Origin: a virus
Reading direction: 5' to 3' (one strand)
Length of the DNA: 64,000 bases
IMG/VR virus record: IMGVR_UViG_3300046796_000243
Location: 4,373-68,372 of that record
Shown: in pieces, positions 7,570-16,701 of the stretch
Layout of the letters: each line of letters opens with the position of its first letter
Numbering within the stretch: the stretch's first letter is position 1
Position numbers and translations under genes: made by a program
The notes under the pieces: model-generated
What the model saw: the letters and a program-made list of their open reading frames with translations, nothing else
Told to the model about the DNA's origin: nothing
Database searches by the model: none

Positions 7570-9888
7570 ATGGCACTTGCACCCATAGGCGGACAGAACA
7601 ACGTGTTGTCGGTGGTCCCGCCGGCGGCGCTCGAAGCGCAGTTGCGCGCACAAGCGGAGGCCAGGTCTGCCGCCGCGGCTCCCGCACCGCAGCCGATGCC
7701 GGAGCTGGCCGGTTACATCCGCGCCCAGTTCGAGATCATGCGCAACCACCGCAACACCGCCTCTGGCTGGTCCGGCAGATTGATCGAAGCGTTACGGGTT
7801 TTCAATGGGCAGTATTCGCCGGACAAGATGCGCGAGGTCGCCAAGTTCGGTGGCAGCCAGATCTACGCGCGCCTCACCGCCCAGAAGTGTCGGGCCGCAT
7901 CGTCTCTCCTGAGAGACGTCTATCTTGGTGCCGATCGGCCCTGGGCGGTCAAGCCGCCGGCGGACCCGGACGTGCCCGACGAGATCATGGCCAAGATCGA
8001 CGCCCTCATGAAGCATGAGGCGCAGATGGTGATGCAGACCACCGGCCAGCCGGCGCCGGAGGATGCGCAGGCGAAGCGGAAGCTGGCGCTGCTGGAGTCG
8101 GCGCAGGACGCTGCCAAGAAGAAGGCGGCGCAGCAGGCCAAGGTCAGCGAGAACCGGATCGAGGAGCTGCTACGCGAGGGAATGTTTTACCACGCCCTTG
8201 CTGAGTTCATCGTAGATCTCCCGATCTTCCCGTTCGCCTGCCTCAAGGGTCCGTCGGTCAAGATTGTTCCAGACGTTATTTGGCCGCCGGGGGGCGGGCA
8301 GCCGACGGTCCAGCAGCTGCCGAAGATGGTCTGGGCACGCATATCGCCATTCGACATCTGGTGGACCCCCGGTGTCGCCGACATAGCCAATGCCAATGTA
8401 ATCGAGAAGTCCCGGCTGACCCGCGCGGAGCTGAACGACCTCCTGGATCTCCCCGGCTTTAATCAGGACGAGGTACGGGCCGTTCTCGAAGAGTATGGTC
8501 GCGGTGGGCTGTACGACAATTGGGATACGACGGACGCCGAACGCGCGGTGCTGGAAAGTCGCGAAAACCCCGCTTGGAATCGCAGCGGCTTGATCAGCCA
8601 GATGGAATTTCATGGCAACGTACAGGGGAACGTCCTGCAGGAATACGGAATGCCGGGAGTCTCTGATCCACTGCGGGACTATCATATCGATGCCTACGTG
8701 ATTGGATCCCACGTCATCAAGGCAAACCTATCCCCGTCTCCCCGCGCGCGACATAATTACTTTGTTACTTCCTTTGAAAAAGTTCCGGGCACGCCGATCG
8801 GCAACGGCTTGACCGACATGATCTCCGACATCCAGGACGTCGCCAATGCCACGCTCCGATCCCTCGTCAACAACATATCTATATCTTCTGGCCCACAGGT
8901 CGTGGTCAACGACAACCGATGTCGTGCCGAAGAGAACACCGACGAGCTGTTCCCCTGGAAGCGATGGCACGTCACTGACGACCCCGTTGGCAACAACTCC
9001 AAGCCGCCGGTCGAGTTCTTCCAGCCGCAATCCAACGCCAATGATCTACTCACGGTTTTTAAAGCATTTGTGGATCTGAGCGACGACGTCTCCGCTATTC
9101 CCAAATATATCGGAGGACAGGCAAGTGGCGGCGCGGGCCGGACCGCGTCCGGCCTCGCCATGCTGATGGGCAACGCTTCCAAGATCCTGCAGACCGTGGC
9201 CGCCAACATCGATCGTGACGTGTTCGAGGTGGCGTTGATGCAGCTGGCCGACCTGGTACTGTTGTCGGATACGACAGGGATCCTGTCCGGCGAGGAGGAC
9301 ATCTATGTTCAGGGGGTTAACGTCGCGGTACAGCGTGAGACCCAGCGCCAGAGGCAGCTTGAATTCCTGCAGCACACCGCCAATCCAATGGATATGGACA
9401 TCATCGGCATCGCTGGTCGCGGAGCGGTTCTTCGATCTGTTAGTCAGACCATCGGGCTGGACGGCGACAAGGTGGTTCCGTCGGACGAGGCACTGCAGAA
9501 AAAGCAGGAAGCCAAGGAAAAGAACAAGCAGCAGCAGGATATCAGCGAGCAGGTCGACAAGGGTATCCAGGAAGGCGTCGAGCAGGGCGTTCGCAAGATC
9601 ACCAGCGAGTTGACGTCAGGCTTCCTGGCCTCGCGTGCGCAGCTGCCGGAGGATCCCGGCATGGAGGGCCAGGAGGGTGGCATGCCCGGCCAGGCCCAGC
9701 CCGGCACCGGCGGGCCGCCTGGCATGGGTGGCCCGCCTGGTGGCGACCAGCAGATGCGCAACATGCAAGGCAACCAGCCGTCGCGCATGAGTAACCAGTT
9801 GACCCAGCCGCAGGATGTGGTGGGTAATCAACCGAAGCCGCCCGGTCCCGGTGGGCGTCCAAGGCCGATCGTCGGTGGACCGGGCTAA
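7570..9888 (+). CDS. portal protein
   Basis: 772 aa; P22/podovirus-like portal motifs (ISPFDIWW, IGNGLTDMISDIQ, RTASGLAMLM), Q/P/G-rich tail. Confidence 0.9.
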   Translation: MALAPIGGQNNVLSVVPPAALEAQLRAQAEARSAAAAPAPQPMPELAGYIRAQFEIMRNHRNTASGWSGRLIEALRVFNGQYSPDKMREVAKFGGSQIYARLTAQKCRAASSLLRDVYLGADRPWAVKPPADPDVPDEIMAKIDALMKHEAQMVMQTTGQPAPEDAQAKRKLALLESAQDAAKKKAAQQAKVSENRIEELLREGMFYHALAEFIVDLPIFPFACLKGPSVKIVPDVIWPPGGGQPTVQQLPKMVWARISPFDIWWTPGVADIANANVIEKSRLTRAELNDLLDLPGFNQDEVRAVLEEYGRGGLYDNWDTTDAERAVLESRENPAWNRSGLISQMEFHGNVQGNVLQEYGMPGVSDPLRDYHIDAYVIGSHVIKANLSPSPRARHNYFVTSFEKVPGTPIGNGLTDMISDIQDVANATLRSLVNNISISSGPQVVVNDNRCRAEENTDELFPWKRWHVTDDPVGNNSKPPVEFFQPQSNANDLLTVFKAFVDLSDDVSAIPKYIGGQASGGAGRTASGLAMLMGNASKILQTVAANIDRDVFEVALMQLADLVLLSDTTGILSGEEDIYVQGVNVAVQRETQRQRQLEFLQHTANPMDMDIIGIAGRGAVLRSVSQTIGLDGDKVVPSDEALQKKQEAKEKNKQQQDISEQVDKGIQEGVEQGVRKITSELTSGFLASRAQLPEDPGMEGQEGGMPGQAQPGTGGPPGMGGPPGGDQQMRNMQGNQPSRMSNQLTQPQDVVGNQPKPPGPGGRPRPIVGGPG

Positions 9889-9902
9889 CAGGAGACTGAG
9901 CT

Positions 9903-10049
9903 ATGGCTACTTTTAGTGTTCGTTCCCGCACCCTGACCGCGATTGCCACCACGTCCGTGACTGCCTTGACGGCGGAAGCGGCGATTGCCCAGGTGGTGGC
10001 GACGGGTGCCTCTGCCGGCTACGAGATCCAGGTTCTGAGCTGCGTCTGA
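9903..10049 (+). CDS. small hypothetical protein
   Basis: AGGAG RBS; 48-aa ORF filling the gap. Confidence 0.6.
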   Translation: MATFSVRSRTLTAIATTSVTALTAEAAIAQVVATGASAGYEIQVLSCV

Positions 10050-10055
10050 TCTCAC

Positions 10056-12035
10056 ATGAAGCTGGTGTGGAACGCCATCGTCAAGAACGAGGCGGCGATC
10101 ATCGAACGCTGCGTCAACTCGCTGTTGCCGCACGTCGATGGCGCTGTCATCGTCGATACCGGATCGACCGACGGCACGCCTGACAAGATCATGGAGTTGT
10201 TTGTCGCGGCGGGCAAACCGGTCGAGTTTCACTATGCCAGCTTCGTCAACTTCGAACAGGCACGCAACGAGGCGCTGAAGCGTGCGCGCGAGAGCCAGAA
10301 CGTCCCGTGGGACTACCTGCTGCTGGCCGACGCCGACATGGAGTTTAGGGTTCATCGCCCGGACTGGTTCAACGGCGGCAAGGAGCTGGCCTATGATCTC
10401 CGACAACGAGGCGGATCGCTTGGCTATTACAATCGCCGACTTCTCAGCCGCGCTGCTACGGGTTGGTATGTTGGCGTCACTCACGAATATCTTGACGTGC
10501 CAGCGACTCGCTTTCTCGATGGCGCTGAGTTTATCGACCACGCCGACGGCGCCAACCGCCCCGACAAGCTCAAGCGTGATATTGCCCTTCTCGAAACCGC
10601 CCTCGCAACTGAAACTCGACCTGGTCTGATCGAGCGGTATCACTTCTATCTGGCGGGGTCGTATTACGACCTGGGCCAGTTTGAGAAGGCCGCGGATCAC
10701 TACCACATCAGGACTACGCTTGGCGGGTTCGCGGAAGAACAGTGGTACGCCAAGATACGTTATGCGCTGTGCCTCAAGAACCAGGACAAGCCCGCCCAAT
10801 TTGTTTGGAATATGCTGCAGGCCTATCGCATGCGCCCGCACCGGGCGGAATCGCTGTACGAGCTGGCCAACTACTTTCGTGTGAAGGGCGATAACGCCAG
10901 TTCCCTGTTATTTTCAACGCCTGGCATGGCGCTGCCGCTACCGGCGCAGGAGCTGCTGTTCGTCAACGAGTGGATCTACAAGCACGGCCTTCGCGAAGAG
11001 TTCGCGATCTGCGCCTACTACGACCCCAGGCAGCGCAAGAAGGGTGCCGACGTGTGCGACGATCTGGTTCTGCAGGGCAGCGGGCAGGCGCGCGGCAACC
11101 AGTATTGGTACCTTGAGCCGCTGGTGAACCACGTCCCCAGCTTCCAGCCGATACGAAGTGATTTTGACCCGCCCGAAGGGTGGGTGGCGATGAACCCGTC
11201 GATCATCAACGATGGCGGGGCGCTTACGATGTTGGTGCGGACGGTGAACTACACCATCACGCCAGAGGGGCGATATGAAATACGTGGCACCACCGGTACT
11301 GCCAACAGTACTAATCCTATCAATACTCGCAATCATCTTGTTTATCTGGACGATGAGCTGAAGGTCACGGACACGCGCGAACTGCACATGCCGCTGGACT
11401 GGCCGGCACCGAAGTACGATCTGGTGATCGGGTTCGAGGATTCGCGGCTGTTCAAGCATAACGGCAAGATGTGGACCGTTTCCACGGTGCGCGAGCTGAA
11501 CGAGCCAGGATTGTGCCAGCAGGTGGTGGCACCGCTGAACCTCAATGGTTACGGTGACTGGACCGTGTTCGAGCAGCACTCAGACACTCACGAAAAGAAC
11601 TGGATGCCGTGGGTGTTGGACGGCGAGATCCAGTTCGTCCATCGCCTTGGATCCATGATCAAGATGAGCGGCGGGCACGGCTTCTACCGCGATCCCAAGA
11701 TCGACCCCAGCCGGATCAGCGGCGGCTCCCAGGTCATCAAGGCAGAGGGCATCAACATCGCCCTGGTGCATGAGGCCAACTTTATTCCGGGCCGGCCGCA
11801 CAACCGGTTCTACCAGCATCGCTTCGTCACTTTCGCCGACGATGGCGGGATGCTGCGGATCTCGCGGCCGTTCTACTTCCATGATCGCCAGATCGAGTTT
11901 GCTGCCGGGCTGGCCTACATCCCGGAAAAACGGCAGCTGGTCGCCAGTTACGGCATCCGCGACTGCGAGGCCTGGCTGGCGACCATGGACTTCGATGACG
12001 TCGTTGGTTTTATCGGGGGGTGGTCCAGCCCATGA
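10056..12035 (+). CDS. GT2 glycosyltransferase with TPR repeats and C-terminal GH130-like beta-propeller
   Basis: IVKNEA..IERC, DTGSTDGT, DADM (DxD), GVTHE; TPR helices; NPSI/GFEDSRL/EKNWMP propeller motifs. Confidence 0.88.
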   Translation: MKLVWNAIVKNEAAIIERCVNSLLPHVDGAVIVDTGSTDGTPDKIMELFVAAGKPVEFHYASFVNFEQARNEALKRARESQNVPWDYLLLADADMEFRVHRPDWFNGGKELAYDLRQRGGSLGYYNRRLLSRAATGWYVGVTHEYLDVPATRFLDGAEFIDHADGANRPDKLKRDIALLETALATETRPGLIERYHFYLAGSYYDLGQFEKAADHYHIRTTLGGFAEEQWYAKIRYALCLKNQDKPAQFVWNMLQAYRMRPHRAESLYELANYFRVKGDNASSLLFSTPGMALPLPAQELLFVNEWIYKHGLREEFAICAYYDPRQRKKGADVCDDLVLQGSGQARGNQYWYLEPLVNHVPSFQPIRSDFDPPEGWVAMNPSIINDGGALTMLVRTVNYTITPEGRYEIRGTTGTANSTNPINTRNHLVYLDDELKVTDTRELHMPLDWPAPKYDLVIGFEDSRLFKHNGKMWTVSTVRELNEPGLCQQVVAPLNLNGYGDWTVFEQHSDTHEKNWMPWVLDGEIQFVHRLGSMIKMSGGHGFYRDPKIDPSRISGGSQVIKAEGINIALVHEANFIPGRPHNRFYQHRFVTFADDGGMLRISRPFYFHDRQIEFAAGLAYIPEKRQLVASYGIRDCEAWLATMDFDDVVGFIGGWSSP

Positions 12036-12715
12036 TCACCGCGGTCACAGGCTACGTTCACATCCCGGACCATCCGCGTTCGGGGAACGAGTATTGTGAC
12101 CTGGGACACAAGCTGTCGGCGTGCGACATCAACCTGATGTGTACCAACCAGGAGGTCGAAGAGTGCTGGATGTTCGAGTTCTTGCAGCGGCGGGGCAAGA
12201 AGTTCACTTATTCGGCGGCGGACAACCCGAAGAAGAACTCGATCTCCTACCACATCGTGCAGGCTCAGAAGTCGCATTGGCTGGCGTCGGCGGCGCGATC
12301 GATGCCGGAGGCCGATCCCCTGGTCTGGATTGATTTCGGGATCTTCCACGTTCCTGGGGTTACCCGCCCGATCATCGAATCCTTCATGAAGCGCGCGCAA
12401 GGCGAGCAGGCAATCACGATTCCCGGCTGCTGGGAAAAGGATTACGTCTACAATGACGCGCAGCCGTGCTGGCGGTTCTGCGGCGGGGTGATGGTGGTGC
12501 CGCGCGAGCACGTCTTCAAGTTCGACATGAACATGAAGGAAGAGTACCTCACCTGGATGGAAGAGAAGAACAACCTGTCCTGGGAGGTCAACACTCTCGC
12601 CAGGCTGGAGCGGCGGGTCGAGGGCGCGCCGATCTGGTGGTACAAGGCCAATCACGACGCATCGCTGTTCACCAACTACCGGACGACGGAGCACGCCGAT
12701 GGCACGCAGAGCTAA
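12032..12715 (+). CDS. HtrL/YibB (WlaTC)-like glycosyltransferase
   Basis: WIDFGIFH, WRFCGG, WEVN, WYKANHD motifs. Confidence 0.75.
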   Translation: MITAVTGYVHIPDHPRSGNEYCDLGHKLSACDINLMCTNQEVEECWMFEFLQRRGKKFTYSAADNPKKNSISYHIVQAQKSHWLASAARSMPEADPLVWIDFGIFHVPGVTRPIIESFMKRAQGEQAITIPGCWEKDYVYNDAQPCWRFCGGVMVVPREHVFKFDMNMKEEYLTWMEEKNNLSWEVNTLARLERRVEGAPIWWYKANHDASLFTNYRTTEHADGTQS

Positions 12716-13508
12716 GGCTACCCAGAAACTGCTCGACCAGGTCAATGCGGCGTGCCCGTCTCGCAACAAGGGCAGCGACGGCTGGATTGGTGACGCCGCG
12801 CACGCCGCGAGCAAGTCGGACCACAACCCCAATAGCGCCGGCGTGGTGCAGGCGCAGGACATCACCCATGACCCTGCTAGTGGATTTGACAGCCACAAGT
12901 TCGCGGAGTTCCTGCGCACTCACAACGACAAGCGCATCAAGTACGTCATTTCAAATCGAAAGATCTTCTCTGGTCCGGCCGGACCGCAGCCTTGGGTATG
13001 GCGATCTTATTCTGGCAAAAATCCTCATGACCAGCACGTCCATGTGTCGGTGGCTGATAGTGCCTCGCTTTACGACAGCACTGCCGCCTGGGAGATCCCA
13101 TTTACAACTGGGTTGCCTGACACTTCCGCTCCCGTGATCACGCTGCCGGTGCTGAAAAAAGGCGCCAAGGGGTTCTATGTTGCGATGATGCAGACGCTGC
13201 TTGGCTTCACCGGCAGGGAGGTCGACGGCGATTTCGGTCCCGGTACCGAGAATTCGCTGAAGCAGTACCAGCGTATCCAGAAGCTGGACGCCGACGGCAT
13301 CTGCGGCGTCTACAGCTGGCGCGAGCTGCTGCGGCCGTGGGCCAAGGAAACCGGGCTGCTGCCGGCCGATCCGAAGGCCAGGCTGACCGAGATGGCGCTG
13401 GTGGCGCAGAAGACCGGGTCGACGGCGTCGACCGACGAGCTGGTCACTGCCTTCGCCGCGGTGTTCGAAGACATCCTGCCGCCGGGGTTTGTGCTGAAGG
13501 AGGGTTAG
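12699..13508 (+). CDS. endolysin (Zn-peptidase-like domain plus peptidoglycan-binding domain)
   Basis: SDHNP...QDI...HDQHVHVS catalytic pattern; DGDFGPGT...ADGICG PG_binding_1. Confidence 0.85.
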   Translation: MARRAKATQKLLDQVNAACPSRNKGSDGWIGDAAHAASKSDHNPNSAGVVQAQDITHDPASGFDSHKFAEFLRTHNDKRIKYVISNRKIFSGPAGPQPWVWRSYSGKNPHDQHVHVSVADSASLYDSTAAWEIPFTTGLPDTSAPVITLPVLKKGAKGFYVAMMQTLLGFTGREVDGDFGPGTENSLKQYQRIQKLDADGICGVYSWRELLRPWAKETGLLPADPKARLTEMALVAQKTGSTASTDELVTAFAAVFEDILPPGFVLKEG

Positions 13509-13510
13509 CC

Positions 13511-13780
13511 GTGTCTGAACTCAAGGGATGGTTCAAGGAGAATCAGGCTCTGGTGATCGGACTTGTCGCGCAGGCGATCGTTGCCGGTATCTACATGGTC
13601 AATCTGGAAGCGCGGGTGTCGACGCTGGAAGAGCGTGGCTCAAGGCACCTTGAGGGCATCAACAACAGACTGACGGTGACGGAGAAGGAAACCGAATCCA
13701 ATGTAAAGCGGATCGAGCGGATCGTGGATATCATGACGAAAGACCTGCACATCGCGCCTGCGGACCTGAAAGTTAAATGA
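13511..13780 (+). CDS. single-TM coiled-coil protein (lysis-cassette associated)
   Basis: GTG start after GGAGG; hydrophobic helix then coiled coil. Confidence 0.6.
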   Translation: MSELKGWFKENQALVIGLVAQAIVAGIYMVNLEARVSTLEERGSRHLEGINNRLTVTEKETESNVKRIERIVDIMTKDLHIAPADLKVK

Positions 13781-13792
13781 GGGGGATAGGCC

Positions 13793-14008
13793 ATGACTGA
13801 AATGGATGACGACGACATCAGGAATATGATGCTTGAGGCGTTCGAGCATGCGTTTCAGGCCCAGCTTGGAAAGCTGTTTGAGGTTTTTCTTTCCAGCGGT
13901 TCGCCCGATGAACAGGCGGTAAGAACCAAGAGGGGCATCGAGAACGCCGTCGAGGCGTACAAGCGAGCGGTATCGGCCGTAGATTCCTGGAGTAGCGAAG
14001 GAGGCTGA
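13793..14008 (+). CDS. hypothetical protein
   Basis: ORF with RBS in packed operon. Confidence 0.65.
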   Translation: MTEMDDDDIRNMMLEAFEHAFQAQLGKLFEVFLSSGSPDEQAVRTKRGIENAVEAYKRAVSAVDSWSSEGG

Positions 14009-14009
14009 A

Positions 14010-14228
14010 ATGGCTTCAATGGCAATTTCCGTACTGTGGTTCCTGATCGGGCTGATCGTGCTCGCGGGTGTGATTTATCTCGCGATCTGGGTCATTGAGT
14101 CCTTCATTTTCCCAATTCCCGAGAAGGTAAAGCAGGGGATCTGGGTGGTTGTGCTGATACTCGCCCTGATCGCGTTGATTGGCATATTCGCTGGAGGCGG
14201 CCCAAATCCCTTTCACTTCTCGCGGTAG
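14010..14228 (+). CDS. two-TM membrane protein, holin candidate
   Basis: Two hydrophobic helices, near endolysin. Confidence 0.6.
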   Translation: MASMAISVLWFLIGLIVLAGVIYLAIWVIESFIFPIPEKVKQGIWVVVLILALIALIGIFAGGGPNPFHFSR

Positions 14229-14290
14229 CGGCATCGAGGTGATGCCGCCGCTGGATACGACCCAACCCAAGATCTGCAAGGGATGCTGAC

Positions 14291-14611
14291 ATGGCGATTA
14301 TGAAGGCTGCTAGAATCGGGGTGCGGATCATGTCCGACGGCACCACGTCGACATTCACGGTCAAGCTGGCGACCGATGGCGATCCGTACTGGGTTGGAGA
14401 GGCCAGTGACGCTGGCATTCGTGGTACCCAGGTCGAGAATTGGTTCTCCCAGCCGAATGCGGCCAACGCTCCCAAGGCGGTGAGGATGGTCGACGGAGGC
14501 GGGGCTACTTCGGTCAGTCTTGCCGTCCCGACTTCGGTTCTGACGGTGAACATTGTTCCTGCACCGAAGGACGTGATCCAGATGATCTTCGTCGAGCTGC
14601 TGTTCGCTTAA
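14291..14611 (+). CDS. hypothetical protein (beta-rich)
   Basis: ORF in late region. Confidence 0.65.
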   Translation: MAIMKAARIGVRIMSDGTTSTFTVKLATDGDPYWVGEASDAGIRGTQVENWFSQPNAANAPKAVRMVDGGGATSVSLAVPTSVLTVNIVPAPKDVIQMIFVELLFA

Positions 14612-14659
14612 CATTTCCTTAAGAATTACGAACTAGGCTTCCTGTAGATTCACAGGAGG
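14608..14659 (+). promoter_or_regulatory. CtrA-type box, -10-like element and RBS-occluding hairpin
   Basis: TTAA-CATTTCC-TTAA, 11 nt, TAGGCT; CTTCCTGT/ACAGGAGG stem. Confidence 0.72.
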
Positions 14660-14666
14660 ATCCCCT

Positions 14667-14894
14667 ATGGCTTCTAATCCCAAGGCCAGAGAAAATTCAC
14701 ACAACGTGACGTTCGCCGAAGGCGGCGACGGCCACATGTTCGGTCAGCAGGCGGCTGGCCCCGACAAGCCCGGCAACACCGGCAAGGACACCTCCGGCGC
14801 GCCTGGTCCGAAGTATGCGAGCGGCGGCTCCGGCAAGATGTTCGGCTTCTCGCCGTCCCAGGCGGCGAAGTCGGGACAGACGGGGGCACGCTAG
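14667..14894 (+). CDS. small Gly-rich putative virion protein
   Basis: Strong AGGAGG RBS; FAEGG/YASGG motifs. Confidence 0.75.
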   Translation: MASNPKARENSHNVTFAEGGDGHMFGQQAAGPDKPGNTGKDTSGAPGPKYASGGSGKMFGFSPSQAAKSGQTGAR

Positions 14895-15121
14895 TGCCTC
14901 CCAGCATGGGTCCGTCGCTGCGCGCGTTGCGCCGGGTGCCCGGCCCCAAGCCGGCGCCGATGGATCCCGGCAAGGCGGTGATGGCCGCGCCCCGGATGCG
15001 GCCGATCTCGACGCGCAACTACGGCAAGGGCGGTTCGCCGATGTCGGGTGCCGCGGATCCCGGCATTCGCGGCGGCGGTATTGGCTATGGAGGCTTTGGT
15101 CCCAATGACGTTCCACAATAA
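14894..15121 (+). CDS. small Gly/Pro-rich hypothetical protein
   Basis: Coupled GTG start. Confidence 0.5.
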   Translation: MPPSMGPSLRALRRVPGPKPAPMDPGKAVMAAPRMRPISTRNYGKGGSPMSGAADPGIRGGGIGYGGFGPNDVPQ

Positions 15122-15410
15122 GCCCTACAAGAAGGACATCACTGCGTTCGCCAAGGGCGGCAAGGTGGTCAAGCACGTCGGCAAGGGTTCGACGGAGCAG
15201 TCGCGCGGTCGCGGCATGGACACGATCACGGGTGCCGACCAGCTGTCGCGGATGGCCAACAGCTATCCCAAGACGCCTTCCGGCGGCTCTGTTGGCAATC
15301 TGGGCGGGCCGCCGACCTCGACGCCCCCGGTTCCGATGGGATCGCAGTCGCCGGGCGCACCGACCGCGATGATGCCGCCCGGCGAGCCGGATGAGGATGA
15401 TGTTGCGTGA
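15105..15410 (+). CDS. small putative virion protein
   Basis: GGAGG RBS; FAKGGKV motif. Confidence 0.65.
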   Translation: MTFHNKPYKKDITAFAKGGKVVKHVGKGSTEQSRGRGMDTITGADQLSRMANSYPKTPSGGSVGNLGGPPTSTPPVPMGSQSPGAPTAMMPPGEPDEDDVA

Positions 15411-15631
15411 GTTCTACGTCTGATTTGGTGACCAAGGCCAGGTTCATGCGCAACGCCTCGCCGCAGGCGTATGACGCATTTTGCAAAGCATTTGAAGATT
15501 ACGTCGAGGCGGCGACCATGGCTCTGATCATGGCGACCGAAAACGTGCCACTGCATCAGGGTTATGTGCGGCAGTGCCTGACCCTCGTAAACGCTTTTGA
15601 AGACGCCAAGAAGGAGACCAGAAATGGTTGA
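15407..15631 (+). CDS. hypothetical protein preceding scaffold
   Basis: GTGA coupling; position typical of podovirus head modules. Confidence 0.7.
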   Translation: MSSTSDLVTKARFMRNASPQAYDAFCKAFEDYVEAATMALIMATENVPLHQGYVRQCLTLVNAFEDAKKETRNG

Positions 15632-16643
15632 CGTGACGGTTGATCTTAAACCTATCAACAAGGCGCCATATGACCCGAACGATCTCCCGGACGCCGTCAA
15701 GCAGCGGGTAGCCGCCGTCGAGGCGCTCTACAACGCGCCGGCACCGGAGCAGCCTTCGCAGGCGGTAGCCCAGCCGGCTGAAGCCACACCCCCGGCTCCC
15801 CCGGTCCAAGCTCCGTTGCCGCCTGCGGACATCGCGCCGGTCGATGAGAACTCCGACACCTGGAAGTCCCGTTACATGGGCCTGCAGGGGCGGTTCACGA
15901 CGTTGCAGAAGACGATCGGCGAGCAGGACCAGATCATGCAGCAGATGGGGCAGGAGCTAATGCACGCCCAGCAGCGTCAGGCTCCCCCGCCAAAGCCGGC
16001 GCGCCAGGCACAAAACTACCTGACTGAAGCGGACGTCGAGAACTACGGTCCCGATCTGCTCGACGTTACCCAGCGTGCGGCGCTGCAGGCGGTGCAGCCG
16101 CATCTGCAGGAAGTCGAACAGCAGAACGCGGCCCTGCGTAAGCAGCTCGCCGTCGAAGGCCGCCGTCGGCTCGACCAGTCCGTCGAGCTGGCGGTGCCGA
16201 ACTACAAGGAAATCGATCGCAATCCGCGCTGGCACCGCTGGCTGTTGGGGATTGATGTTTTGTCTGGACGTGTTAGACAGCAACTGTTGAACGAAGCTAT
16301 CTCGTCAGCCTCCGCGCCACGGGTAATCTCGTTCTTCAACGGTTTCCTCAACGAGGAAGCAGCCACAGGGCACGCCGATCCAGCGCCCAGCTCCACGCAA
16401 AGGCCAACGCCGTTTGCGCGGGAGCCGGCAATTCCACTGGCATCGTTAGCGGCTCCTGGCAGGGCAAGGCCGGCGACAGGCGGTGACGCTTCGACGCCCA
16501 GCGACAAGCCAATTTACACACGCGACCAAGTCAAGGCGCTGTATCGCGCGCACCAAAAGGGCGCGTATCTCGGCCGTGAGGCCGAATGGGCACGGCAGGA
16601 AGCCGACCTTTACGCAGCGCAGAGAGAGGGTCGTTACCGGTAA
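15624..16643 (+). CDS. capsid scaffolding protein
   Basis: Q/A/P-rich coiled coil directly upstream of MCP; AAGGAG RBS. Confidence 0.75.
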   Translation: MVDVTVDLKPINKAPYDPNDLPDAVKQRVAAVEALYNAPAPEQPSQAVAQPAEATPPAPPVQAPLPPADIAPVDENSDTWKSRYMGLQGRFTTLQKTIGEQDQIMQQMGQELMHAQQRQAPPPKPARQAQNYLTEADVENYGPDLLDVTQRAALQAVQPHLQEVEQQNAALRKQLAVEGRRRLDQSVELAVPNYKEIDRNPRWHRWLLGIDVLSGRVRQQLLNEAISSASAPRVISFFNGFLNEEAATGHADPAPSSTQRPTPFAREPAIPLASLAAPGRARPATGGDASTPSDKPIYTRDQVKALYRAHQKGAYLGREAEWARQEADLYAAQREGRYR

Positions 16644-16701
16644 ACCTGGGGTCGCTCGTCCATCCGCATGCAGTGGCCCCGATGCATAAGGGGCCACGGC
16701 C

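Noticed and set aside
5819-12715. DNA hypermodification or restriction-modification role for the MTase and GTs
   Set aside because: The MTase lacks DPPY/NPPY or PCQ motifs, no base hydroxymethylase gene is seen, and the genes sit in late operons
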